Shown: positions 1-12,809 of the stretch, piece after piece
Layout of the letters: every line of letters begins with the position of its first letter
Position numbering within the stretch: position 1 is the first letter of the stretch
From: Octopus sinensis
Lineage: Eukaryota
Direction of reading: 5' to 3'
Length of the DNA stretch: 64,000 nt
Assembly: GCF_006345805.1 (NCBI RefSeq)
Contig: NC_043000.1
Location: 46,066,001-46,130,000 of the forward strand
The notes under the pieces: model-generated
Told to the model about the DNA's origin: nothing
The model's database searches: none
Seen by the model: the letters and a program-made list of their open reading frames with translations, nothing else
Made by a program: the position numbers and the translations under genes

Positions 1-800
1 GAGGAAACAAAATTACATTTTGTTTATTTTTCATTTTCTTCACCTGTTTTTGTTTATCTAGAAACCATAGATTATGGGCACATGTTCAAAATAATTCAGA
101 TTAGGACTTCTAATTACTGGTCTTACTCTGATTCATATAATAAGATTGGACGCATAACAACATGGTATCATCTGAACAAATCATACAAGAGAGAAACTTA
201 CTGAAAAATACTTTAATTGCTAAGCTTAATTCTTCATTTGATAAGAGGTAACCAGCAATTAAGTTAAGTACTACTTTAGTAGGTTGGACCTTTTAACATT
301 GAATTGAGCACTAATAAAATCCTGGCACTGTCAAATACATCAGGAGAGTTTCAATCTTCATTGTGGTGGTTCTTCACAGTGTTTCTTTTGGCAGTTATCT
401 GGAGTACATAATTACAGACTAACATTTCTTGAAGCTACTAATAGAATCAATACTTCAACCAGAACTTCCAAAATGTAATTCCAAATGTGTTGTTTCGTAA
501 AATACAATTTTAGCTTGTTTTCTTAAGATGCAACCATTTGGTCTAAAACTACACACATACACATATACATATACATACATGTGCATACATGCAAACGTGA
601 GGATATAAACACTCACGCACAAACATAGTCATACACACTCACAAATACTTACACATGCATGCACACGCATACATGCACATACATGAAGAAAAGTACAGGG
701 AGAACTTGATTAGTAATACCAAAATGGCATTTTACTAATGGCTGAAACACTACTGTTTGTTTGAATTGTAAACAATCTATTTATAAAATATATATTTCAG

Positions 801-863
801 ATTCTTCAAAATGTTGTCGATGAGGCTGGGGAGAGGTTTGAATATGAGATCGAAAACTGTTTT
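801..863 (+). CDS. Candidate internal coding exon of an unidentified host gene (ILQNVVDEAGERFEYEIENCF)
   Basis: tttcag acceptor ending at 800, GTAAAT donor at 864; 63 nt, phase 0-0, open, more G-rich and codon-like than its flanks. Confidence 0.4.
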
Positions 864-1099
864 GTAAATTAAATTTATCAATAGTATTGATTTTTTGTTG
901 ATAGAACCCCCCCCCCCCCAAAAAAAAAAAGGAATTCAGAGGTATAATTAGCAAGTGTGATAGTAATTCAGCAGTGTTGAGCACGCCCATGCAAAGTTTA
1001 TTGAGTGATTTTCATACCCTAATATTTTGTTGTGTCTCTAGCCAAGACACTCAATCCTCAGTAAAACCTAACGTTAAGCAGTGACAGGATGTGTCATGC

Positions 1100-1312
1100 A
1101 AATGGCACCTGTGCCAGTGGAATGTAGAAGTATCCATTACACTCTTGGAGTGGCTGGCATTAGGAAGGGCATCCAGCCATAGAAAAACCATGCCAAAATC
1201 ATACTGGAGTCTGGTGCAGCCTTCCAGTGTGCCAGCCCAGCCAAACCATCTAACCTATGCCAGCAAGGACAGCGGACATTAAATGATGATGATGATGAAG
1301 ATGATGATGATG
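1100..1312 (+). mobile_element. RTE-type LINE 3' end (5'-truncated) with (GAT)n tail
   Basis: Matches the 3' UTR attached to the RTE ORF at 44030-45505 (ggagtggctggcattaggaagggcatccag...ggacattaaatgatgatgat). Confidence 0.75.
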
Positions 1313-1539
1313 ATTTTATCTATTTGAAGTTCTGAAGTTCAACTCTCCCTGTGAGTGAATGTTATAGAGAAAGATAGGGCCTATCAAGGTAACTGGCCCC
1401 TCGATATATTACACAGAGATAGAAAAAAATCCACTAAAATCTCTACAACTAGTTTCACTTAGTATAAGCAAACAAATACATAGTACTCACTCTCTTTCCA
1501 GTAATATACCCTTATCTTTAAAAATACATTAGAGTGCAT

Positions 1540-2450
1540 CCAATTCCTAAGAAAGACAACTACCCTGGCCTTGCCAACTATTATCTCGTTGCAGTCATTT
1601 CTAATATCTGAACGGTAATGGAAATAACCATTAACAATGAAGTCCTCTGATATTTTGAATATCTTTCTTCCCAATTACAAGTGCTATCACTGTTTTTGGA
1701 GAGCCAGATCCACTGGAGAACTACTTTCTTGACATCAACAAATAGACACACACTTTAGAGAAATTCAATGAAATCAATGTTGTTGCCCTTGGCATCAATA
1801 AAGTCTTCAGCTGTGTCTGACGTGAATCTCTATTCAAAACCAACTTCCCATCTATATCTCTCTATCTCTCTCATTATTTGGATTAGTAGCTTCCTTTCAA
1901 ATTATATTATCAAAATGTTTCTTGATAAAAGTCTTCCATCCCATTCTCAGACAAGCTTGGTGAACCCCAGCATTTGGTTTTGTCTTCCATTCTGTTCTTC
2001 TGTATATCGATCACCTCCGTATCATCATACCCATTCTTATGTAAATCAGTCATTTTTATGTACATCATCCAACCTTTCTTTCCTTGCAAACATTCTTCAA
2101 CCATGCATCAACCACATGTTATCCTACCAACACTAACCATACAACTGTTCTATAACCATTATGAACATTGCTCAGCTGATCTTTTATCAGTCTATCATGA
2201 TCAAAACTCCTGTAACATTCAATTTTTCTCCCCATGTTGTGTCACTATGTAAATAAATGAATGTCATTATCTACCCTGATAACAGTTGTTTTTCTTGTTG
2301 CCCCTTTATTCTATTATACACATATCTGCTCATTGATAAACCACTTATAGCTAATCTTCATTAAGCAGCTATAAAATCCCTGCATTTTTAGCTGCAGTTC
2401 AACCTGGAGCTTAATCAGCAAGTCAACCTGAGCACTAATATGGATGAACA
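1540..2450 (+). mobile_element. Degenerate CR1/Jockey-group LINE reverse transcriptase fragment
   Basis: Frameshifted remnants resembling ANYRPVA, RARSTG, TLEKFNEINVVAL-I-K-F and IIWISSFLSN; many stops. Confidence 0.7.
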
Positions 2451-2639
2451 TATTACCTTAAGTCATATATATTTTCAACATATGTGCAAGCACACACGCG
2501 CAGACACACACACACACCCAAATGATAAGAAGAAAACAGAAAATTCTCTACATCCTACCAGGACCTTACATATATATGTATATACATATATATATATTTA
2601 TATATATATATATATTTATAAAAAAGAAGTTTGAAAATG

Positions 2640-3330
2640 CCACTATATAAGATACATTTTAATCTTCTTAGAAATTTTACATGTTTCGGTTCTTCTTGAA
2701 AAAAAACGAACCTTACCAAAAATATTTTTAAAAGTTAAGTGTAATAAAAAAAGTTTATAAATATTTCTTACTGGTCTCAACAGAATCCACGTGGTGGTTT
2801 TTTGTGGGTGTAAGCATAATGGCTGTCTTATGTGTTCTAATAAAACTAAGGTAATGGTCAGTGGCTGAAATGGCAGTAGCAGCAGTGACTGTTGGTCATA
2901 GTAGTAGTAACTGTGGTGGTGGTTGGGGTTGCAGCAGCTCATTGGTTGTAGCAGCAGCAGTGAAAGACTGTTGATCGTAGTTGTAATAGTAGTGACCATG
3001 GTGGTTGTAGTAGTAGCAATAGTAGCAGCAGTAGTAGTGATCGTGGTGGTAGTGGTTGAATTCCATCTTTCTTTTCGGAAGACCAATATATTGTTTTAAT
3101 GTTCCTGGCCCAGGGTGTTCAAACTTGGTCCGAATTTTCTAATAAAATAAAGTTCTTTATTTTGGTGTTGAGTGAAGATTACGCTGTCACTGAATTTGTA
3201 AAGTGGGGAAGTTGTGAATTTGGGATTTTTATTTGAACCACATCTATCTATGTGTCCGCTGACTGGTATTTTCCTGTATTCAGGATTCCTAATTTGGGAT
3301 TTATGAACCACCATCCTTTTTCGTAGACTG
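2640..3330 (-). mobile_element. Penelope-like element 3' fragment (GIY-YIG C-terminus plus pLTR relic), interrupted by a trinucleotide repeat
   Basis: ORF 3096-3314(-) VHKSQIRNPEYRKIPVSGHIDRC...ELYFIRKFGPSLN resembles the PLE endonuclease C-terminus; hammerhead-like motif downstream at 2674-2723. Confidence 0.75.
2674..2723 (-). ncRNA. Decayed minimal type I hammerhead ribozyme
   Basis: Minus strand: attt-TTGGTAA-ggttc(loop)gaacc-GAAA-CATG-TA-aaat; helices I and II pair, helix III palindromic; core has 3 transitions from CTGATGA. Confidence 0.45.
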
Positions 3331-4626
3331 TTTTTGTATGGCCTATATACTGCCTATTGCACCCTGCGCATGTTAACACGTAAATTAAGTTTTCTGATGT
3401 ATATATATATATATGTGTGTGTGTGTATGAGTGTGTGTGTGCTTGTAGATGAAAAAATACTGTAAATGTGATGTGTCACTGCTTAATTTCATTAGTATTT
3501 TCAAATAAATATATAAAGTTACTTGAATGTTAGTTTGACAATTTTAATTCATATGTCAAAGTTATCCAAAAGAGAAACAAAAACTCTTTTTCTAAATTCT
3601 GACTTGTTTTCATCAACATTTTACATTACATCTAGACAAGTACAGCTGTGTTGAAAATCATGATCTGATAGCTGAGTGTGGTTGCATTGATGTTATCAAA
3701 AGAATTAATATTTCTAATCATGCACATAATGTTGTACTGTACGTTGAATATGTTTCTGCATGGTTGTTCAATGCATTAAAGATAGCAGTGAAAATCTTTC
3801 TCAACCACAAAGTAACATTGTAAAAGTTTGAGAAATGGGGAATGCAGTTTAGGATTCAGAAAGATTGAAGAACTAAGTAATGGTCATGGCTGCAATGCCT
3901 TTGATCAGAAGTTCATTTGATCAAGGTTGACCTATAGTTATTTATTATATGATCTGATATTTTTTTTTATGGCAATTTGTTAACAGGGGACTGATAGTAA
4001 AGTAGGTTTCAGGTTTACAGCGAGACAATCACTGGTTAATTACATTACTGACAACAAAAGTGACAAGGGGTTTCATGTAATACAGGGCAGAACAAATCAT
4101 AATTAAAAATTTTTCAAAAAGCACCAGTTTTTTATTTGATTTTCTGTCTGATGTACATTTATGAAAGCCATACAGACAAATATACATGCACGTGTGTGTG
4201 GGTGCACATGTGCATATGTGACTGAATACATACACACACACATTTATGAAAAATTATCACATACAGATATGTGTGCATATACAAACATGATGTGTTGCCA
4301 AATTCTATTCACAAGGTATAATAGTAGTATTGCCATCATTAGCAATTTTTTTTTATTAAACTGGATAGCCCTGCTGGTGATAAATTCAAAGGTTTAAATG
4401 AATTGAGGGAATTTCTTTCTTCCAGAGTGCAAGTATAGTAGGATATTAAAAAAGAAGTGTATTTAGATTAATATTCCGCTACTAAATATTTTGCTTGCTA
4501 TATCAGAAGTTATGATGCTGCAAAGCTAAATGAAAAAATGGGCAACTGGTTGCCCAACAACAACCATGCAACTTCAGTGCTTGCAGGAATTTACCACTAG
4601 ATGGTAACTGTCTGACAAAGTTGACA

Positions 4627-4792
4627 TAGGTACAGGAGTGGCTGTGTGGTAAGTAGTTTGTTTACCAATCACATGGTTTCGGGTTCAGTCCCACTGTGGG
4701 GCACCTTGGGCAAGTGTCTTCTACTATAGCCTTGGGCCGACCGAAGACTTGTGAGTGGATTTGGTAGACAGAAACTGAAAGAAGCCCGTTGT

Positions 4793-4838
<46 letters not shown>

Positions 4839-5057
4839 GTGTGTGTTTGTGTGTCTGTGTTCGTCCCCCTAGCATTGCTTGACAACCGATGCTGGTGTGT
4901 TTATGTCCCCATTACTTAGTGGTTTGGCAAAAGAGACCGATAGAATAAGTACTGGGCTTACAAAGAATAAGTTCTGGGGCCGAGTTGCTTGATTAAAGGC
5001 GGTGCTCCAGCATGGCCACAGTCAAATGACTGAAACAAGTAAAAGAGAGTAAAGAGT
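4627..5057 (+). mobile_element. tRNA-derived SINE family A (bipartite, central microsatellite), full length
   Basis: A-box tggctgtgtgg, B-box ggttcagtccc, gcaccttgggcaagtgtctt CORE-like motif, internal (TA)n/(TG)n, tail gaaacaagtaaaagagt; more than 10 homologous copies or fragments in the window. Confidence 0.9.
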
Positions 5058-6169
5058 AATATACAGTGCTAAAGTAGATATATCAGAGATGAGCCTAAAT
5101 TATATACTACAGCAAGTGAAATGAATTAAAACATCAATTTCATGAATACATTCAGAGACATTCATTTGTCAACTCTGAAAAAAAATATGGGAGGGTTTTG
5201 TCAAAAACTGATTTGACTCTTGATGAGATGTATCCTTACATATTCAAAGTTATTGACTGATTGTTGATAAGGCACAACTATACCAAAACAGTAGCTTCAA
5301 ATAAAAAAAAATGCAGAGCGACCTTTGAGCAAAATAATTAAGAAACGCATTTCAATGCTGTAATGGTTTGAGCAAAAGATGGAATCGTTAGTTCATTTTA
5401 TGCTTAAAGTGAAGTATGTTTTATGCAAGTAATAATCTCCTTGAAATTTTGTCCAGGTTCAGAGAGTGGAAACATTGGTTTTGAAGTTTTTAACACATAC
5501 ACAGACACATTCATACATACATGTATATATGTTATTCTATGTCTTTGCATTTATGCTATGTGTGTGTGTGTGTGTATGTGTATATGCACACACACAAATT
5601 GCTTTTAAAAATTTATTTAAACAACAATACAATTTCACGAGGGTAATTATCAGAATGACCTAGCTTGTGTGAAGTTTAATACATTTGGAGTATTCTCATG
5701 AGAGACAGAAATGAAATGAAAAATGTTAGCTTGAAACAGCTGCTTTTGCACATATCTCTCCTGAGTTATCTTTTTAGTAAAACATAAAGATAAGTGTTTT
5801 TGTCATAACTTTCATATAATAATTCATAATGCAGGCCTACCTCAACTTGCATCATTTTGAGTTATGTCTTTTCAACTTTACATTTTTTTTATTTATTAAA
5901 TTTAGTTGATTATCCAACTTCATATCAGTTTCAGTGCACATATTTTAAAAGCATAGAATTTTTTTTTTAATGCCACTTAAGTAACAGTACTGAAAATGAA
6001 ACCAAATAAACTACATGTGAAAATATACACAAACCAGTTATTAAAACAGGTATTAGGTAATAAATTTTTTAAAGATATTTTTTCATGTTACATCATTTTT
6101 CTAGTAAAGTCTTATGCCTTGATACTAATTACTCATGGAAGTTGATATACGTCGGTTTTTTTCAAACAG

Positions 6170-6172
6170 TTG
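6170..6172 (+). CDS. Candidate 3-nt microexon (TTG)
   Basis: gtcggtttttttcaaacag|TTG|gtaaga; branch-like actaat about 40 nt upstream. Confidence 0.2.
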
Positions 6173-6654
6173 GTAAGACAAGAGAAAATAGGTTTAGATT
6201 ACAAATTAAATAATCAGAAATATAATACCCAGAGTACTGGAATTATGAGCCTTTCAATTATAGTCAGTGCTGTCACTAACCCCTGCAACCCCTGCAGTCA
6301 CAGGGGGCCTCTGCAGTTGAGGGGCCCCATGTTAAAATCAAAGTACATAGATGAGTCATCTATTTACTTTGGTTAAGATGTTAATAGAAAATTTCAAGCC
6401 AAACAAGGAAAAAGATATGAAGGTGTACCGTAAATAAATTTAAAAGAAACAAAAAAGTTAAATGAGAAAAGCTTGTCAATGAATTTCCTAGGGAGATAAA
6501 AGAAAAATGGACGAAATCCGAAACAATGAAAATAAGAACAACTTCAACAGAAAAGACAAGAAAAAGAACAATGGTAGTGCTGTGCACTTATACATGCATA
6601 CAAAAATACACACAAGGCATATGTACACACATTTATTCATACATACATACATCC

Positions 6655-6920
6655 CGACTGGCTTCCGTGCCAGTGGCACGTAAAAAGAACCATCCGATCG
6701 TGGCCGTTTGCCAGCCTGGCCTGGCCTCTGTGCCGGTGGCATGTAAAAAGCACCCACTACACTCATGGAGTGGTTGGCGTTAGAAAGGGCATCCAGCCGT
6801 AGAAACATTGCCAGATCAGACTGGGCCTGGTGCAGCCTTCTGGCTTCCCAGACCCCAGTTGCACCGTCCAACCCATGCCAGCATGGAAAGCGGACGCTAA
6901 ACGATGATGATGATGATAAT
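6655..6920 (+). mobile_element. RTE-type LINE 3' end with (GAT)n tail
   Basis: Young CpG-retaining copy of the RTE 3' UTR ending gcggacgctaaacgatgatgat. Confidence 0.85.
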
Positions 6921-7003
6921 GACACACATATATACGACTGGCTTTTTTCTGTTTCTGTCTACCAAACCAATTCACAAGGCTTTGGTCAGCTCAGGTCAAT
7001 ACG

Positions 7004-7043
<40 letters not shown>

Positions 7044-7142
7044 CATAGATAGATAGATACATACATACATACATACATACATAAATACATACATACATAT
7101 AGAGAGACAGACAGACAGACAGTCAGATAGATAGATAGGTAG

Positions 7143-7213
<71 letters not shown>
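7004..7213. repeat. Compound (TAGA)n/(TACA)n/(GACA)n microsatellite
   Basis: Direct reading. Confidence 0.95.
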
Positions 7214-8149
7214 CGTGTACCAAACAGACACACATCTCTCTCTCTTTCTGTCTTCATTTCTCTCTCTCTCTCTTTAGCTGGACACTTTGTGCTCAGAACA
7301 GTGGCTTTTGATCTCCTAAGGCAATAAAAACTGGAGACAAAATTCTTTCTGTACCAAAAACAAGGAATGCATGTGTGCACACACACAGAAGTTTGTGTGT
7401 GTATGTATGTGTATGTATCTACCTATGTCTATATATAGGTATATAGATATTATTTGCTCACTGTCACCAAGCATCTCAATTCTTCAGTTGTCACTAGTTT
7501 GTGATGGATGTATTTTATTTTGCAAAGTAGCATTTTTCCTTGAATTTGTCATTTCAGAGAATGGTAAGAAATTCTTCATATTTTGCGTCATTGGTATTTT
7601 GACTTTACAGTTTGAAGTGTAGAATTGTCTATCCAATCGAAATATTTCAAAAGAAAACAGTGAAATATAGAATTTAAAAAAAAACTTTTTCAACTGTTAT
7701 CTTTGAGAATATTCACATCTATTTTTCACAAATATATAATTTAAAATGGTCTACTTTTGTTTTGGACTGAAATTTTTTTTGTGTTTAAAACACAAAAAAT
7801 GTTCTTGAATAAACTTCTTTGCATGCAAAAGCTGAGACAACTATACTTCACTGTTGTTATTTTGAAATGCTTGTCTTCTGATATTTGTGAGTCCATTGAC
7901 TCAATATTAGATGTTGGCCTTCCTAAACGGGAAATAATACGATAGTTCCAGCCCTAAATAAATTTAACTTGTCATTTTAAAGACGTTCTTTTGGATAATG
8001 TGAAATATTGAACTTCAGATAGAATAAAGTAGAATATAGCTGTGATTAAACGTAGGTTGTGAAATTTAATTGAAGAGATGGGGTCTCAAAATAAAAAGTT
8101 GCAGGGGACCTCTAAAAGTCATGCAACGGCCCTGGTTGTAGTATATGGA

Positions 8150-9060
8150 TATCATCATTACCATCATCATCATCTTCATCATGATTATCTTCATTAATGT
8201 ATATCTTCCCTACTAACTTGGTTTGGACGTTTGAATAGGATTCAGCTAGCCAGAAGACAGCGTTAAGAGCATGCTTTGGCACAGTTTCTATGGTCGAATG
8301 TTCTTCTTAATGCCAACTACTTTACAGAATATACTGGGTCATTTGTAGGGAGCCTGAGCACAAGTGAAGTCACCATGTAACTGACATGACAAAATCCTTT
8401 GATGAGTAAAGGTGCAGCTTTTAGGTGGCTTTGCGCTAGGTATTGAGAAGCTAAAGTATGATAGAGGAACTGGAAGTGGTTTTTTGGTATAGAAGAGATG
8501 TATCCCTACCTTAGCTGGAAAGAGAGAAATGACAGTGGAGATGAGGTGGCAGGTCATATTTTTAAGGTACAAGGTGGTGGTAAAGAGAGAAAAGGGGCTG
8601 AATTTTGAAGAGGGCTGGATGGGCAGATCCATGAATGTGTAAAATGGTCATAGGGGTGAATTCAGTGGAAGGTAAATATTGGTGGAAATGTGGTCAATGG
8701 TGAAATCGTTTTGGGGAGAAGGTAGAGGAAAATAGGAGTAGGTCAGGGAAGAAGTGATAAGTAGCAGAAAATATATGGTGTGGGGAGAGCAATAGTATAA
8801 TAAAACAGTAGATAAATGAGAAATAGGGAAATGATGTTCAAGTTCAAGGTGAAGAGAAAGAGGATGCACAGTGTCAGAGAGGGTGATCAGAGATATGTAG
8901 GGGTTGGATTAATAAATGACAAAAAATGGTGTTTGTGGGTTTGGGTTTTCAACAGTGTTCAATGAGAAATAAAGTGTTAAGGGATATTGGTGCAAATGTG
9001 GGATGAGTGACAAAGTAAGTGGCTCCAAAGAGAGTGATAACTGGTACCACAAATGCAGGA
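8150..9060 (-). mobile_element. Old LINE 3' region with RTE-like terminus and a long strand-biased (G/A-rich on +) segment
   Basis: (CAT)n tail at about 8150-8190, degenerate RTE terminal motifs to about 8340, then about 700 bp of G/A-rich sequence. Confidence 0.4.
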
Positions 9061-9850
9061 ATAAAATGAACGCAGTTTGTTCTCATAAGATTACAGTAGC
9101 CGTGGAAATAGAACCGAAATTTAGGGGACAGAAGGAGGAATGTGTGTTAGGAAGATGTAACATACGGAAGACTTGACAGGTACAGATTGAATGCAGTGGC
9201 ATAGGCCTAAATGATATGCCATTAAGCTCCTCATTTATACATACAAACACACACACATTCATATATATATATATATATGTATACATCACATGCACTCATA
9301 CACACACATACACACATATAAGGTTCTTAGAACCACAGTAATCTAAATCAAAAATCACTCATAAAATCTACAGATACTTTTACTTAGAATTTGGTCCAAA
9401 CGAATCCAAGGATCCATTATCTTCTTATACAGCATTTCTTAAAACAATAAAACTGAGGAATAAAACATTGCACATAGTTATTTTGTAGCTATGTTTACAA
9501 ATTCCAGAGATGAAATCAATCTAATATATAGTCATCACAATGCAAGCAACTAAGCCAAAATTCTAAGCAGTTCGGTTCACTTTAATATGATAGCAAAATC
9601 CTAAATATTCTCATTTTAATAAATGAAACCAAAAGCATGAGCTTCAAGCAACCATATTCATATGAGTTGTTCACTAAGGCTTTCAAGTGAACGAACATAA
9701 AGATAAGCATTTTCTTCAAACTTTCGTTCATACTTCAAAAACTATTCAGACAGTGGATATTTAAAGGAAAACCAGGCTTGGTTTACAAGATTATCATCAG
9801 AAATGAGTACTGGAAAACAAAGCCTTTCAGTTATGACATATTAAAGAATA

Positions 9851-10074
9851 CAGTAATCCCTCAACTACTGCAGGTGTTACGTTCCAAAACCATCCCATGA
9901 CAGGTGAAAATCCGCGAAGTAGAAACAGTACTGTACTGTATACTTTTTAAAATTATTTTTATAATTTGTATATATTTATTTTATTATAAATGCAAAACAA
10001 CACTACGGAGCAATCAATATAAGCTTAAACAATAAACCACAATAGGTGAACCATGATATGGCATGGGATTACTG
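9851..10074. mobile_element. Tigger/pogo-type MITE
   Basis: TA + cagtaatccc ... gggattactg terminal inverted repeats; AT-rich non-coding interior. Confidence 0.7.
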
Positions 10075-10184
10075 AACTCTATGTTTGTATTGAGTCCTGT
10101 TCGTTATCAGTTCTAGTGAATCAACAGAAATTTATATATATATATATCATATTATATTATATTATATTATATTATATTACCTTA

Positions 10185-10505
10185 TATGGTACATAGCTCA
10201 GGCCTATAATCATAAAGTTGTGAGTTCAATTCTGGGACTAGGCTGTGTGTTGTGTTCTTGAGCAAGACACTTTATTTCACGTTGCTCTAGTTCACTCACC
10301 TGTAGAAATGAGTTACGATATCACTGATACCAAGCTGTATCAGCCTTTGCCTTTCCCTTAGATAACATCGGTGGTGTTGAGAGGAGAGGCTGTTATGCAT
10401 AGGCAACTGCTGATCTTCCACAATCAACCTCACCTGGACCTGCACCTTGGAGAGGAACTTTCTAAGTGCAATCACATGGTCACTTATGACCAAAGAGAGT
10501 CTTTA
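10185..10505 (+). mobile_element. tRNA-derived SINE family D
   Basis: B-box gagttcaattc, core ttgtgttcttgagcaagacactttatttcacgttgctc; homologues at 49810-49950(+) and 54280-54530(-). Confidence 0.7.
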
Positions 10506-10517
10506 TCCAATATACAT

Positions 10518-10850
10518 ATATCATCATCATCATCACCATCATTTAACTCCATTTTCCATGCTAGCATGGGTTGGACGATTCAATTGGGGTCAGAAGCTAG
10601 GATGCTGCACCAGGCTCTAGGCTGATCTGGCAGTGTTTCTACAGCTGGACGCCCTTCCTAATGCCAACCACTCTGTGAGTGTACTGGGTGCTCTTTATAT
10701 TCCACCGGCACAGGGGCCAGAGGAGGCTGACAACAGCCATGATTGGTTGGTGCATTTTACGTGCCACTGGCATGAAAGCCAGTATAGGCAGCGCTGGCAT
10801 CGGCCATGTTCGGATAGTGCTTTTTATGTGCCACCGGCATGAGTATCACA
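10518..10850 (-). mobile_element. RTE-type LINE 3' end
   Basis: (CAT)n then tttaactccattttccatgctagcatgggttggacg... Confidence 0.8.
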
Positions 10851-11274
10851 ACAACAATTTCCAACACATTTATCCACATGTGTGCATATATATATATATA
10901 TATATATAGTATACTGTTCTGTTAAGATGAGATATAAAAAAAAGTACTCCCTTCAGAGAGAGATAAATATCATTTAATGTGTACACTGCATTAAAATAAG
11001 AGCTACTAATGGTTTCTTGCCATTAAGACACATGGCAAGATTTCATAATGTGCATAGTGTCTCCAAGCAATCCTCGGGCTCTGAGCACATGGTTTGTTCT
11101 ATTTGAAAATCAGGAGACTGATACATGAGAAACCATGAAAAAAAATTTTGCAGAAGATTGATGCAATAAGTAAAATGAGAAGACAAATGGAGAATAAAAA
11201 TGGAAAAATAAAACAAAGAATGAAAATTAGCTGTCTCTTATGACCAAAGAAGTTATAGCTAAACTAGTTGCTGT

Positions 11275-11276
11275 AT

Positions 11277-11317
<41 letters not shown>

Positions 11318-11697
11318 TTAACGTCCATTTTCCATGCTTGTATGGGTTGGATGGATTTGACTGAGAACTGGTAAGCTGGAGAGCTGCACTAGATTCCAAT
11401 CTGATCTGGCATGGTTTCTGTGACTGGATGCTCTTCCTAATGCTAATCACTCCAAGAGTGTAGTGGGTGCTTTTACATGCCACTGGCATGGGTGCCAGTT
11501 ACATAACCCCAACATCAGCCACAACTACGATCTCACTTATCTTGACATGTCTTCTCAGGCACAATCTATTACCAAAGGTCTCAGTCATCTGTTGCTGCCT
11601 CGTTGAGAATCTATGCTCGAATGGTACTTTTTATGTGCCACTAGCATGGTGTCATGACTATGATTTCACTTAGCTTGACAGGTCTTCCCAAGCACAG
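11275..11697 (-). mobile_element. RTE-type LINE 3' end with part of the 3' UTR
   Basis: (CAT)n tail and homology to 44030-44330. Confidence 0.8.
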
Positions 11698-11715
11698 CAT
11701 ATATATATATATATA

Positions 11716-11926
11716 AATTAGAAAAAAATCAATTCAATAATGAAAAATTAAATTATGCCATTTAGAAATATTACATATTAAAGAAAGATTAAATATAAGA
11801 TAAAACATATAATGATGATTAAGTAATGTTTTATCTTATATTTAATCTTTCTATAATATGTAATTTTTCTAAATGGTATAATTTAATTTTTCATTATTGA
11901 ATTGATAAAAGGTGGGTTTTTTTCTA

Positions 11927-11930
<4 letters not shown>
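11716..11930. repeat. About 215-bp near-perfect palindrome embedded in (TA)n
   Basis: Arm 11716-11808 is the reverse complement of 11826-11930 (12-nt insert in the right arm); 17-nt spacer. Confidence 0.9.
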
Positions 11931-11970
<40 letters not shown>

Positions 11971-11981
<11 letters not shown>

Positions 11982-12068
11982 TTTTTGAAATTTGATTTAG
12001 TATTTCTAAATTGAATTTTTCCCTGTAAGTTGGAATAATATTCCCTCATATTATTATTATTATAATAA

Positions 12069-12104
<36 letters not shown>

Positions 12105-12719
12105 TGTATGTATGTATGTATGTATGTTTACATTTGTATGTCTTTGTGATTGTCTCCACCACTGCCTGACAATCATAATTACATCCTTATAACTTAGCTG
12201 TCTGGTGAAAGAGACTTATGAAAAAATAAGCAGCAAGTGATGAATGATATATTGGAAAAAAAAAATGCCAAAAAAGTGTTTGGTGAAATTGCTGAGAGGA
12301 GTGAACTATCCAAAATTTTAGGGAGAACCCTTTTTTTTTCACTGAAGAGAAAACAAGGGAAATTTTAAGAAAGATAGTAGTGACTATGTCTGAGAAACAA
12401 GCCACATATTGGCTCTGTTTGAGAAGCTGACTGAAAATAATGAAGAATGCAAAAGAGTGTGAGCTTGTAAAGGTAGACAAGAAGAAATAGCGGGATAGAA
12501 AAATGATATAGATCTTAGTTTTTAATTTGTTTTTTTAACTTTGGATTTTTCTTAGTAATCTTTAAAATTTATATCACTATTTTCCCCCTTCTTTTATATA
12601 TTATATATATATATATTATATTTTTTGAAATTTGATTTAGTATTTCTAAATTGAATTTTTCCCTGTAAGTTTGGAATAATATTCCCTCATATTATTATTA
12701 TTATAATAATATATATATA

Positions 12720-12763
<44 letters not shown>

Positions 12764-12773
12764 ATATAATATA

Positions 12774-12809
<36 letters not shown>

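Larger units (their letters stand above)
6265..8134 (+). mobile_element. Probable decayed hAT DNA transposon with nested RTE, SINE and microsatellite insertions
   Basis: Termini cagtgctgt / acggccctg, shared subterminal cccctgcaac, flanking 8-mers attatagt / gttgtagt (6/8 match), LSSDICESIDSILD resembling the hAT dimerisation tail near 7870. Confidence 0.5.

Noticed and set aside
62-204. Strong acceptor followed by 46 open codons (terminal exon?)
   Set aside because: Peptide unrecognised and phase-incompatible with the next candidate exon; cannot be supported
3636-3738. Open 103-nt segment between tctag and gtacgt
   Set aside because: Moderate splice sites, phase 1-2 does not fit neighbouring candidates, no homology recognised
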